In this document: positions 10,189 to 19,907 of the stretch, in pieces
Layout of the letters: each line of letters starts with the position of its first letter
How positions within the stretch are numbered: position 1 is the first letter of the stretch
NCBI GenBank assembly: GCA_965203315.1
Contig: OZ241857.1
Span: 960,001-1,024,000 of the forward strand
DNA length: 64,000 nt
Origin: Nitrosopumilus sp.
GTDB lineage: Archaea > Thermoproteota > Nitrososphaeria > Nitrososphaerales > Nitrosopumilaceae
Direction: 5' to 3'
The notes under the pieces: generated by a model
The model's database searches: none
Told to the model about the DNA's origin: nothing
What the model saw: the letters and a program-made list of their open reading frames with translations, nothing else
Position numbers and translations under genes: made by a program

Positions 10189-11547
10189 ATGTATCATACA
10201 CTGTCTAGTAGAACTCGAGTACTAGAGATATCACTTGTGGCAATTGCCTCTGCATTTATAGTCGAGATGGTGTTTGGTATAACAGAAAACAGTCTTGCTC
10301 TGATCACAGACAGCATTCATGCGCTACTAGATGTCTTTGTGACGATAATACTCTTGATTGCAGTTAGAATGGCGTTAAAACCGCCCGATGCAGAACACAC
10401 CTATGGGCACGGCAAGGTCGAGTCACTGGGTGGACTGCTTGGAGGTATTGCTATTCTGCTGATCGCATGTTTCTTCATTTATGAGGCACTGACAAGAATT
10501 CAGAGTCCGCCACAAGTACTGCCGGGACTATACGCAGTGATAGCAGGAGTGTACACGATCGGAGTAGATATCTTTAGAATAGTTCTCCTCAAAAAAGTGA
10601 TAAAGAGTGTAGGAGGGGTAACACTCAAGGCCGACTTTTATCACGCGTTTATGGATCTAGGATCAACTCTGGTCGCGATCGCAGGAATAGTCTTGGTGTA
10701 TTATGGATTTACGTCTGGAGACTTTATAGCTGCGCTGATTCTAGGCGGACTGTTAGTTGCGCTGAGTATAAAGCTGGTATACAAGACTGCACTAGACCTG
10801 ACTGATGTCATATCACCGGCAATGGTAAAGAGAGTGAAAGAGATCACAACAGCCACTAGAGATGTCATAGATGTGGAACAGGTATTGATGAGGAGATCAG
10901 GCGACATAATATTTGCAGACATTACGATAACATTGAATGCTGATGTGACCTTTGATCAGGCACACGATACAGCAAGTAGGGTAGAAGAAAACATCAAAGA
11001 GATCATACCAAACTTGGCAGTTACGATCCACTTTGAACCGAGCTGGAAAGGAATACCTCCTACTGCCAAGATACTCGAGATAGCACAACGTGTCCAAGGA
11101 GTACGTGGCGTACATAACGTTAGTACACACAAGACTAGAGGAAAGATGTTCTCAGATCTACATGTAATGGTAGATCGAGATATAGATCTAAAGTCAGCAC
11201 ACAAGATATCAGAGACTGTCGAAGAAGATATCCATTCACAGATACCAGAGATCGAGCATACGACTATTCATCTAGAACCACATGTAACCATACCAGACAT
11301 ACTAAACATTGAGGACGCAGATGCACACACAAAGATTGAATCTATATTGTCATCGTATAGTCAAGTAAGAAGAGTTGGACGAATAGTCTCATTACGTTTT
11401 GAGAATATGCAAAAGATAGACATCGACTGCTCCTTTGATGGCAATACGTCAATAGAAGAGATTCATGATCTCACATCAGAGATCGAGCAGCAGATCAGAA
11501 CACAGATCAGAAATGCTGTAATCACCATTCATCCTGAACCAGAATAG
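10189..11547 (+). CDS. Cation diffusion facilitator (CDF) metal transporter with three C-terminal dimerisation-type domains
   Basis: ALITDSIH, PPDAEHTYGHGKVE and ADFYH motifs; three (T/V)IH(F/L/P)EP-ending domains. ATG 10189 is preferred because the track's upstream extension begins inside the tandem repeat. Confidence 0.92.
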   Translation: MYHTLSSRTRVLEISLVAIASAFIVEMVFGITENSLALITDSIHALLDVFVTIILLIAVRMALKPPDAEHTYGHGKVESLGGLLGGIAILLIACFFIYEALTRIQSPPQVLPGLYAVIAGVYTIGVDIFRIVLLKKVIKSVGGVTLKADFYHAFMDLGSTLVAIAGIVLVYYGFTSGDFIAALILGGLLVALSIKLVYKTALDLTDVISPAMVKRVKEITTATRDVIDVEQVLMRRSGDIIFADITITLNADVTFDQAHDTASRVEENIKEIIPNLAVTIHFEPSWKGIPPTAKILEIAQRVQGVRGVHNVSTHKTRGKMFSDLHVMVDRDIDLKSAHKISETVEEDIHSQIPEIEHTTIHLEPHVTIPDILNIEDADAHTKIESILSSYSQVRRVGRIVSLRFENMQKIDIDCSFDGNTSIEEIHDLTSEIEQQIRTQIRNAVITIHPEPE

Positions 11548-11580
11548 ACCATCTAGTATCACAGCATTGTATTGTATATG

Positions 11581-11721
11581 AGACTGTATGCGTATTATTA
11601 AGAGTGCCCATGTCCTGTCATCAAATACGATAACAATTAATCGATCTGCCTCTAGAAATCACACCTGTGTTTTACTGTACCTTAAAATGTGCATATGATG
11701 TAAGAAATACGCATACAGTCT
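11581..11721. mobile_element. MITE family C (141 bp)
   Basis: Perfect 16-bp terminal inverted repeats AGACTGTATGCGTATT...AATACGCATACAGTCT; a second, decayed copy at 27003. Confidence 0.8.
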
Positions 11722-11733
11722 ATATACAACTAT

Positions 11734-12066
11734 ATGGCACTTTACCAATTAATGTATCACGTCATGTCATTAAAACTTAAAATTGTGTATATCATAACTG
11801 CACTAGTATTTACATTAATTATTGTATTTATGCAAATTATATTTTATGACTCAAAAGACACTCCACAATTTTTAAGAGATATGAATTACACGATACGTTG
11901 TGATGAACGCTTTCTACAACATCCTATAAATTGTAGGATTGAAGATCAATTTGGCAACAAGATAACAGAAAAAACAATCAATAGTATGTCTTATGCTTGT
12001 TGGGTCAGACCACATAATAGTCACGATTATCTACCATGTATGATAGAAACCGGTAGCCCACCATGA
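11734..12066 (+). CDS. Orphan membrane-anchored hypothetical protein
   Basis: N-terminal hydrophobic helix, four Cys, AT-rich. Confidence 0.6.
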   Translation: MALYQLMYHVMSLKLKIVYIITALVFTLIIVFMQIIFYDSKDTPQFLRDMNYTIRCDERFLQHPINCRIEDQFGNKITEKTINSMSYACWVRPHNSHDYLPCMIETGSPP

Positions 12067-12184
12067 TGCATACAAAAGGTATGATGTCAAGCTGCTACCG
12101 AGACTAGGCATTATTTGACATTATTCATATTGAACACTTTTCATGAAATCAACAATATACGCAAGCATGACTTTACGTTTTCCA

Positions 12185-12297
12185 GGATCTTTTCGATTTG
12201 CGTGGCATGGTGTTTCGCAAGGCCTTTTCTGTAATTTTCACTTATAGAATCTTGTGGTGTTTTCTGTAAACATTCGTTCCATGTAAATCAAAGATCC
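12185..12297. mobile_element. MITE family A (non-autonomous relative of the IS6-like element at 57539)
   Basis: Ends GGATCTTTTCGATTTG...GTAAATCAAAGATCC match the TIRs at 57539/59042; the interior resembles the copy at 20415. Confidence 0.8.
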
Positions 12298-12342
12298 GTC
12301 ACATAGATAATCTCGCCAAATCTTTGATTTGTTCTTGTCCAT

Positions 12343-13083
12343 TCATCGAGACTCTAACTCTTGTATTCTATCTTTAAGTTGATTCAGTTCATTCAAGGTT
12401 GAGTTGTACATGGACTGTAAATCATAGTATTGTGAGTATAGACCAGATATGGTATCTTGAGATTTATGATACTTGATATCTAAATCAGTATAGAGCTTCT
12501 CTAATTCTAATCGTTGTGTTTCGGTTGTATTTAGCTTAGACTTTAGAGATCTGTTATCGATTCTTAGATCCTTTCTATCATTTTTGCATACATGGAATTG
12601 TTCTTTCCATTTGTCCTTTAGGTCTTTGAGTTTATCTTTCTTGGTTTCAAATTTATCTATCTGAGTTTCAAGATTTGTGATATTTTCATTGGCAATTTGT
12701 AGTTTGGTTTTAGGTGTAGGTGGTGTAGTTACAATTACATCAAATGTGGTTGTTGCAGATATATTTCCATATGTTGTAATTAGAGCATATGTTCCATTTG
12801 TGCGAAATAGTCTACCGATGACAAATGTTTCCGCGTATGTTAGATTATTATCGTTGGTGATTTGACCCACATCAACTAACCTTTTGTCTGGCGATTCTAT
12901 TTTTATGGTAATAGCAGTACTTAGGTGATGGCCAATTACTGTTCCACGAATAAATATAGTGTCACTAGTGTGATATGTTGGTTGATCAGTTTTAACTGTC
13001 ATATAGTATGCGTCAACACTCTCTATTAGACCCATAACACCTATGAGACTTGCTACAATAATACTCCCAATTATAATTTTCAT
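12343..13083 (-). CDS. Secreted protein: Ig/MG2-like domain plus a long coiled coil
   Basis: Likely start MKIIIGSIIVASLIG (ATG 13083). The domain AITIKIESPDKRLVDVGQI resembles AITVQIFSPADRLIHVGQI of the CFI-box protein; the C-terminus is heptad-rich. Confidence 0.78.
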   Translation of the reverse strand: MKIIIGSIIVASLIGVMGLIESVDAYYMTVKTDQPTYHTSDTIFIRGTVIGHHLSTAITIKIESPDKRLVDVGQITNDNNLTYAETFVIGRLFRTNGTYALITTYGNISATTTFDVIVTTPPTPKTKLQIANENITNLETQIDKFETKKDKLKDLKDKWKEQFHVCKNDRKDLRIDNRSLKSKLNTTETQRLELEKLYTDLDIKYHKSQDTISGLYSQYYDLQSMYNSTLNELNQLKDRIQELESR

Positions 13084-13092
13084 AAAAGAACT

Positions 13093-13103
13093 CCCCCCCC
13101 CCC
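13093..13103. repeat. C11/G11 homopolymer between a TATA-like sequence and the start codon
   Basis: The minus strand reads TTATA-G11-AGTTCTTTT-ATG. Confidence 0.9.
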
Positions 13104-13202
13104 TATAACATTTACTAAAAGGGAATGGAAGCAGACAAGTTGTGTTCACAGATGTCTCTTGCTTTGACGTCGGCGAATCCTCAAGTTCGTTGTCTAGTAC
13201 CG

Positions 13203-13318
13203 TCTCAACTTGTAAATCAAACGATCAAATAATTTACGCGAGAATATGCTTACATTGACCTTGCAAGAAATTTTTCAAAAACTTACAAACAATATTGCTA
13301 ACACAGTACAAGTTAAGA
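13203..13318. mobile_element. MITE family D (about 116 bp)
   Basis: Inverted ends TCTCAACTTGTA / TACAAGTTAAGA (11/12). Internal blocks TTGTAAATCAAACGAT and AAATTTTTCAAAAAC recur at about 34485-34588. Confidence 0.6.
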
Positions 13319-13335
13319 GATCTACGAGTACTGTC

Positions 13336-14586
13336 TCAGACCAATATGCTTGTAAGATACATCACGCCCATTCCAACCGCAATACCTGCAGGGATCGGAG
13401 CAGCAGACAAGAGTGGAGTCTCTCTGCGTATAGAGTTGAGCAGAACAAAGATCACTTGGAGTATTGCTCCTGTTCCGACACCCAAGAAGATCAATGCAGA
13501 GATAGGCGAATAGATGAATCCACCAACCCACGCACCAAATATTGCAGGTATGCCGGCAATCATACCAAATGCTATGAGTTTTGGAAGGATATTACGTTCA
13601 CGAGCAAGTGGTGCAGCAATAGCAATACCCTCGGTAGTGTTGTGTAGCGCAAACCCAACTATTAGAAATGTACTGAATGCTATCGATCCCAATCCTAGTG
13701 CAGCACCTATTGCCAATCCTTCACCAAAGTTGTGCAACCCTATACCTATCGATATCATCAGAGCCAAGACTATGGGGTTGACCGTACCGACTGCATTCGT
13801 TGTACCATATGGAACGTCTGTATCGATCGAGTCTTGTACATTTGTACTCGATGTGTTTGTACTCGATGTGTCTAGTGTACTAGTATCTTGTACACTTGTA
13901 CGACCTGAGAGCCTTGTACCGGCGTAACATAGTCCAAGAAAGCACAATACGATTGTAGTCGCAAGCAAGAGTACTGCATTGAATCCATTCAGTGTACTAG
14001 ATATGTTGAGCGCTTCCTCGACACTATCGAGTGCCAAGAATAACAAGAGTCCAGCAGTCAGTGCAAGAAAAAAGTGATATCTAGATCTACGAATTCTGCG
14101 GATGAATGGTAGCCATAATATTCCAATCATGACAGGGATGACTCCCACATATGTTCCAATTATTCCAAAAAAGATCACCATGTCCATAGTGACATCTACA
14201 CGAGGAGCAGCTGCTGCGATCTGTCGCTCAAATCTGGTACCATCATCGATTGTGACGCCTATTGTGTATGGCTCGGCTACATTCCAATCAAATGGAATTC
14301 GCACCAGAGCTGTCTCAAACCTATCAAGAGTAGAATCGGGTTCTACTGCTGCAGGATGAATCCTATCGTTGATATCGGCCATTACGATATCTACCTGTAT
14401 TGGCCCGATGTTGCGTACCAAGACATGTACCTCATAGTCTACAAACTCGACCTGTTCTATTGCGATCTCTGGTAGCGGTACACCAAGATCCAACAGCTCT
14501 GATCCAGGTCCAAAGATATACACCAACATGAGTACCACTAGACCAAACGGTGCAAGTCCACTTGCGATCAGTCTCGCACTAGCCAT
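13336..14586 (-). CDS. ZIP (GufA-type) divalent metal transporter with an N-terminal extracellular domain
   Basis: GLHNFGEGLAIG and ALHNTTEGIAI signature helices. Confidence 0.92.
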   Translation of the reverse strand: MASARLIASGLAPFGLVVLMLVYIFGPGSELLDLGVPLPEIAIEQVEFVDYEVHVLVRNIGPIQVDIVMADINDRIHPAAVEPDSTLDRFETALVRIPFDWNVAEPYTIGVTIDDGTRFERQIAAAAPRVDVTMDMVIFFGIIGTYVGVIPVMIGILWLPFIRRIRRSRYHFFLALTAGLLLFLALDSVEEALNISSTLNGFNAVLLLATTIVLCFLGLCYAGTRLSGRTSVQDTSTLDTSSTNTSSTNVQDSIDTDVPYGTTNAVGTVNPIVLALMISIGIGLHNFGEGLAIGAALGLGSIAFSTFLIVGFALHNTTEGIAIAAPLARERNILPKLIAFGMIAGIPAIFGAWVGGFIYSPISALIFLGVGTGAILQVIFVLLNSIRRETPLLSAAPIPAGIAVGMGVMYLTSILV

Positions 14587-15607
14587 ACGTCGACTCCGTA
14601 CTGTTCTTTACAAGAAACATTCCAACCCATCCCTTCTCTGAAAACTCGACCTTGTGTGCATGAAAGAGATATCTACCAGGATATGTATACTCGAACTCCA
14701 TTATGCCACGCTCAGTCTGTGAGAGTGTTATCATATCTGTATAAAATGATGGAACGAGATCAGTTCCGGTCGGATAATACTTGTATAGATTTCCATGTAG
14801 ATGAAAGTTGTTTATCGGATCAAACTCGACCATATTTACCACATAGATACGAATCAGCTCGCCTGTGTTGATCTGAATTGGATGATGTTGATAATAGAAT
14901 GGAATCGTATTTGCAGCATATAGATTGTTCTCCATATCAAAGTCTGTATCAAACGAGTTTAGTACCATGACCATCTCGTCTGCAGGCTCACGTCCTTCTT
15001 TGGGATCTATGATCAGTACTCCATACAGTCCGTGTCCAATGTGCTCCTCGAGAGGCATTATATGACAGTGGTACGGATGAACGCCTACAGGAGCTGCTTC
15101 AAACTCGTAGATAAACTCGCCACCACCTTGACCCACCGTCTCAAATACACCATCCATCTCGGCAGGGTGTATTCCGTGAAAGTGTATTGTGTGTGGTTTG
15201 GAACCGTTGTTGATAAACTTGATTCGTAATAGATCGCCTTCGGTTGCACGTAGAGTTGGACCTGGAACTGTTCCATTAAACGTCCATACATTGTAAAATA
15301 TGCCAGGCGCGATCTCTTGTATCTGATCATCTCTGGCGACAATAGTATACTCACGTATGGTCTGACCGGTATCAGATACAGACTGTACTCCATACTCAAA
15401 GTTTCTCAAGTATTGATCTGGATCAAACTCGACTGTCGATACTGTGTACAGTGGATCTATGACGTCCCCCGAGGTTTTTACCACTGCGCCAGTATGGGTT
15501 ACAAACGTCTTTTCCACTTGAGCTTGGCCAAACATTGGGAGTACAACCATAGCAGTGATCGATACTAAAACCAATACTCCCAGTACCAGTACTGATCTAG
15601 ATTGCAT
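14579..15607 (-). CDS. Two-domain multicopper oxidase
   Basis: Signal peptide; HTIHFHG, YHCH...HIGHGL, NFHLHG and LFHAH copper motifs. Confidence 0.92.
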   Translation of the reverse strand: MQSRSVLVLGVLVLVSITAMVVLPMFGQAQVEKTFVTHTGAVVKTSGDVIDPLYTVSTVEFDPDQYLRNFEYGVQSVSDTGQTIREYTIVARDDQIQEIAPGIFYNVWTFNGTVPGPTLRATEGDLLRIKFINNGSKPHTIHFHGIHPAEMDGVFETVGQGGGEFIYEFEAAPVGVHPYHCHIMPLEEHIGHGLYGVLIIDPKEGREPADEMVMVLNSFDTDFDMENNLYAANTIPFYYQHHPIQINTGELIRIYVVNMVEFDPINNFHLHGNLYKYYPTGTDLVPSFYTDMITLSQTERGIMEFEYTYPGRYLFHAHKVEFSEKGWVGMFLVKNSTESTYG

Positions 15608-15660
15608 ACGTCATGTGTCACATGCTGTCTTTATTTAAATTTTAAACCAAAGCTAACTTT

Positions 15661-15676
15661 TTTAGACTAGGCTAAA
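15661..15676. promoter_or_regulatory. Putative DtxR/MntR-family operator upstream of the MCO-ZIP operon
   Basis: Near-palindrome TTTAGACTAGGCTAAA (14/16), with weaker look-alikes at about 15641 and 15693. Confidence 0.55.
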
Positions 15677-15711
15677 TTCAATCAGACTCTGATTAGATTT
15701 AAACTAAAGTT

Positions 15712-16224
15712 GTGTCGAGGAGTATTGTGCCAAAGTCCGGAGCATTACTTGTTGTATCAGGTGTATTGATCGTTGCAGGATTGGTGCTACTAGTGGTAGC
15801 GAATCAGGTATTACTTGAAGGAGTATATCAAGGCGAGGGACTGATACAAGAAGGACAAGATCTGAACATACAAGGCGAGTTTGAACAAGGAGTTGGTGTG
15901 TACACAGTTCAGATAGTAGGGTTTAGTGCAGATACATTTCAGGTTCGAATCTTGGATCCACGAGATGATGCCATCACGTCACATTATATCGACAGAGAGA
16001 TAATCGAAGAAGAGTTTGTGATAGAGTCGCCCGGCACATACACCATGATAATATCTAGTGTACAGGATACAGAGACGCAGATATTTGCAGCAATAGGTCC
16101 ACTACCAGATGCAAACAAAAAGGTTCTAGGGTTTCTATCAATCTATGTTCTAATAGCTGGAATGTTGATGTTGGTGATATCAGCTGTGTTCGAAGTGATG
16201 CGTAGAAGGAGTAGATCAGTTTAG
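15712..16224 (+). CDS. Hypothetical membrane protein (N- and C-terminal TM helices)
   Basis: Two hydrophobic helices flank a beta-rich soluble domain. Confidence 0.75.
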   Translation: MSRSIVPKSGALLVVSGVLIVAGLVLLVVANQVLLEGVYQGEGLIQEGQDLNIQGEFEQGVGVYTVQIVGFSADTFQVRILDPRDDAITSHYIDREIIEEEFVIESPGTYTMIISSVQDTETQIFAAIGPLPDANKKVLGFLSIYVLIAGMLMLVISAVFEVMRRRSRSV

Positions 16225-16527
16225 AAAGCTGTCCATCGTCTCTAGACTACTTATCGCTGCATCAAAGTTTTCTCCATCTTCTACTATCGAGTTGAGTTTG
16301 TCCAAGTCGGCGTGAATCATGGATCTACCATCGGTTGTATCGTGGTGGATAAAGTTGTGTTCGATCAGATAGTCTAGTCGTTCTAGTACTTCAGACTCTG
16401 ATATCGATGACTCTTCTGCCAGTGTACTACACTCTTTTGGTCCGTCCTCGAGAGCAGCTAGAATCTCAGATGTTACTGGATCAAACATGCAATCCACTAG
16501 TTTTGCTCGATCTGGTATCTCGGTCAT
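16216..16527 (-). CDS. Winged-helix (ArsR-like) protein
   Basis: FDPVTSEILAALEDGPKECSTLAEESSISESEVLERLDYL fits a wHTH pattern. Confidence 0.75.
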   Translation of the reverse strand: MTEIPDRAKLVDCMFDPVTSEILAALEDGPKECSTLAEESSISESEVLERLDYLIEHNFIHHDTTDGRSMIHADLDKLNSIVEDGENFDAAISSLETMDSFLN

Positions 16528-16590
16528 TTTTTTGTAGTGTGTGTCTAGATGATTTATAACTTTTTAAGAAGACGAACGAATCGTCAAACT

Positions 16591-16743
16591 ATGCAAGCCA
16601 TGTGTCTCTTTGATCCGTCTGGAAGAGGTAGACACTGCTATTGTATCGAGATCGATATAGCTAGAGGAGTCAAAGCTTGTTGTAGATGCAAGCGATGGAA
16701 TATCGATGGAAATAACTGGACCAAAGACTCTGACTATGTATGA
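16591..16743 (+). CDS. Small Cys-rich (probable zinc-binding) protein, 50 aa
   Basis: MQAMCLFDPSGRGRHCYCIEIDIARGVKACCRCKRW...; TTTTAA box about 26 nt upstream of the ATG. Confidence 0.6.
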   Translation: MQAMCLFDPSGRGRHCYCIEIDIARGVKACCRCKRWNIDGNNWTKDSDYV

Positions 16744-16758
16744 GATGTATAGAATATC

Positions 16759-16934
16759 GGTTCTGTTCATTTGACGGGGTTGAGATCGCGATGACGTTAT
16801 CTTAAAGAACGCCCAATATGAGACTCAAAACAGTAGGCAATTTACGATAGTGGAGATGAGATCTTTTCCATATTTGCAAAATTTTTCAAGAATTTTGTGC
16901 AGAAAATGCCAACCACCGTCAAATGAACAGAACA
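16759..16934. mobile_element. MITE family B with IS6-type ends (about 176 bp)
   Basis: TIRs GGTTCTGTTCATTTGACGG...CCGTCAAATGAACAGAAC; an inverted homologous copy at 31735-31909. Confidence 0.88.
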
Positions 16935-16976
16935 TCGGGTGGTTAAGTATGGTTTTTATCTAGGAGTCTTTGAATT

Positions 16977-17483
16977 TTGAGATACTTGAGTAGCCAAGAG
17001 TATAGACATATCGTCAGAATTGTAGGGAATGACATCCCTGGAGAGAGAAAGGTGGTCGTAGGACTGACTCAGATAAAGGGGATCGGCTACAACTTTGCAA
17101 CCGCAATTCTAGACTCGTTAAAGATCAACATAAACTCCAACATAGGTAGTTTGACAGATTCGAATGTAGAGGCGATCGAAAAGATCATAAACGATCCCGT
17201 ATCAGAAAAGTTTCCCAAATGGTTTCTCAACAGGCAGAAGGATATAGAGACAGGTAAAGATTTACATCTAGTGACCTCGGATATTCCATTTACACTACGA
17301 AATGATATAGAACGAGAGCGGGTTACCGCTAGTTGGCGCGGATACCGTCATCTCAATGGCTTGAAGGTCAGAGGACAGCGAACTAGAACGGCAGGTAGAA
17401 AAGGAGGAGCAGTCGGAGTAGCCAAAGGAGGCGCATCAGCTCCAGCTAAAAAGTCTACAGGTTCAGCTGGAAAGGGGTCATAG
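16977..17483 (+). CDS. rps13: 30S ribosomal protein S13
   Basis: GLTQIKGIG and [20 protein letters not shown]. Confidence 0.97.
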   Translation: MRYLSSQEYRHIVRIVGNDIPGERKVVVGLTQIKGIGYNFATAILDSLKININSNIGSLTDSNVEAIEKIINDPVSEKFPKWFLNRQKDIETGKDLHLVTSDIPFTLRNDIERERVTASWRGYRHLNGLKVRGQRTRTAGRKGGAVGVAKGGASAPAKKSTGSAGKGS

Positions 17484-17486
17484 AAG

Positions 17487-18047
17487 ATGGGCGATCCAAA
17501 GTATTCACGCAAGGTATGGAGAAAACCGAAACGGCCTCTAAACTATGACCTAAAGATGGAAGAACTAAAGACCATAGGAACTTTTGGTCTACGAACGAAA
17601 CGAGAGTTATGGAAGGCACATACAGAGCTGTCACGTGTTAGACATCAAGCTAGATCACTTCTTGCATTGCGTCAAGAGGTACGTGCAGAAAGAGAGCCCA
17701 TATTGATGAGATCACTTGCTAGGATTGGACTAGTAGATCGTGACGCAACACTTGATGATGTATTGAATCTAAAGGTAACAGATCTTCTTGCGAGGAGGCT
17801 ACAGACCATAGTTACAAAAAAGTTGGGGTTCAAGACTCCCTATCAAGCAAGACAAGCTGTAATCCATGGACATATAATGATAGGTGATCGCCGAATCAAC
17901 ATTCCGTCGTATACTGTAAAGGTTGAAGAAGAAGAGAACATTCACTTTTCGCCAGATTCAACCATTCCTAAATTGCTTGACAAAGATACCAAGTCAAAGG
18001 AATCGACGCACGAACACGATACAGAAGAGAAAGAAATAGTAGCCTAG
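17487..18047 (+). CDS. rps4: 30S ribosomal protein S4
   Basis: [22 protein letters not shown] and [11 protein letters not shown]. Confidence 0.97.
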   Translation: MGDPKYSRKVWRKPKRPLNYDLKMEELKTIGTFGLRTKRELWKAHTELSRVRHQARSLLALRQEVRAEREPILMRSLARIGLVDRDATLDDVLNLKVTDLLARRLQTIVTKKLGFKTPYQARQAVIHGHIMIGDRRINIPSYTVKVEEEENIHFSPDSTIPKLLDKDTKSKESTHEHDTEEKEIVA

Positions 18048-18211
18048 ATCATACATACAAAAGATATTCCAATTGTAGACACTTGTGTAATGATACTGAC
18101 GCAATAACTTACTAATTTCAACCAGCTTTGTTATCACTGAAAACGAGTAACATATAATGTCTAGAAATAATTTCATATGCGATAGTATGCTGATGTACAC
18201 GTTGGATCGAC

Positions 18212-19549
18212 TTATGGTGTTTTTATCATTATCTTGTTACATATCTCGTTGATCTCTGAATTGTCAGTTTTAGATAAAATCGATAGTATCTGTTTAATAT
18301 CTGATGGATAACTATAGAAGAATTTATCCAAAAATACATCCATACATCTTGCAACTTCTAGTGGAAACTTGTTTGCGTATTTGTAAAGTATCTTTGCAGG
18401 AAAATAAACTTGAACAAATCCTTTAGGGCGAGTTTTGAGATAGTTGATATATGAATCAATACTAGCTTTATCGATCGGACTATGCAGAAACCACGATTCT
18501 GTATGTCTAGATCTAATGAATTTACGTTCCCTCCATAATGTATGCACTTTATCAATAAATTTATCAACGTCCTTATTTCTCAAACGGGCGAATATAAACA
18601 GAGAACAGCTATCTATAGATGCTTCGTCAGCATTATGAACAAATCTCCAAAATATCTCATCGAATCCATCTACATCATAAAGATAACCCGATGTCACATG
18701 TTCTATGGTGTTACGGTATAACATGGTATTACGTATTTTATCTGTCTCTGTACCATTAAGAAGTTCATCGTATATCGATCTTAATTCGAATAGAATTTTA
18801 TCTAATGGACTAACCCATACATACGAACTCCAAAAATAGATTTTAGACTCGTATGATTTAGAAGATATGTTGTGAAATAAATTTAATGCATATTGTTTGT
18901 CTACAGAAAATAACGATCTAAAGAAGAATCCAATTGCGCCATGTTTGGATATAGTATACTTGCTAGGATTGTTTTGATAGTCATCAAGAATCGGTTTGAT
19001 ATTTTTGTGAAATACATCATTTGAATTTTCATTACTAGTACACCACTCCATGTAACGAAATAATGCATGAAAAGACACTCCGCCAACGTCGCTTATTGAA
19101 TAGGTCAGAGAGCCAACGTCAGGATCAAAGTTGTTGTTATGACTAGGTTGTTCGTCTGTAACTAGAAGCATCTTTTGGATCAATTGCCATATCTGTTCTT
19201 TAAAAGAGGGGTCAATTATGTTATATTCTAAGCCTCTTGCGAGTGTGTCAAATGCATGTAGTAGGTGCTCTGACTTGTTATTGACGATCATATATTCAAT
19301 TAAACCCAACATAGACTTCCAGTCCAACTCTTGTGTTTCGTTGATCGCTCCTCTAATTGCAGAAAAAAATTCATCTTGGTCCTCTCTTCGATGACTTGGG
19401 ATTGAGAGAGCGTATCTTGAGGCTGCGAGAGGATTTTCAGACACATATGTTGCAAATAATCTATCTTCATAGTCATGTGTTGATTTAAATTCTTCAAAGC
19501 CTTTTAGAAATTCGTTATCTTGGCTTTGTGGCCTAGTGAGCATTTCCAT
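18212..19549 (-). CDS. AT-rich helical-repeat hypothetical protein, possibly the C-terminal fragment of a larger gene
   Basis: 445-aa ORF with atypical composition and no recognisable catalytic motif. Confidence 0.6.
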   Translation of the reverse strand: MEMLTRPQSQDNEFLKGFEEFKSTHDYEDRLFATYVSENPLAASRYALSIPSHRREDQDEFFSAIRGAINETQELDWKSMLGLIEYMIVNNKSEHLLHAFDTLARGLEYNIIDPSFKEQIWQLIQKMLLVTDEQPSHNNNFDPDVGSLTYSISDVGGVSFHALFRYMEWCTSNENSNDVFHKNIKPILDDYQNNPSKYTISKHGAIGFFFRSLFSVDKQYALNLFHNISSKSYESKIYFWSSYVWVSPLDKILFELRSIYDELLNGTETDKIRNTMLYRNTIEHVTSGYLYDVDGFDEIFWRFVHNADEASIDSCSLFIFARLRNKDVDKFIDKVHTLWRERKFIRSRHTESWFLHSPIDKASIDSYINYLKTRPKGFVQVYFPAKILYKYANKFPLEVARCMDVFLDKFFYSYPSDIKQILSILSKTDNSEINEICNKIMIKTP

Positions 19550-19907
19550 TCATTATAGATGTACATTACAAGTATTTATCTCTTAATCTTGTGTTAATAT
19601 GATTGTGTGTGTCAAAAACCATTTGTGTCCCAGTTCAATCAGGAACATAAACGCAAGCTATCGAGAATATTTTATCATAAAAGTGAAGATACATTATTCG
19701 CTAGATGCTACACATGTGTCACATGGCGCATATGTTTCTTACTATGCATTTTTACATATGTAACAACGGAATAAAACTGCTAGACGAAATCAAACTAGTA
19801 TGATCACCTCTGACAGTCATTAAAGCTAAACTTGTGATTACGTGCACTAGTATGCATTTGATCACAGATATTACCTTGCAGTAAATATTAGATCGATCTG
19901 TAGTTAT

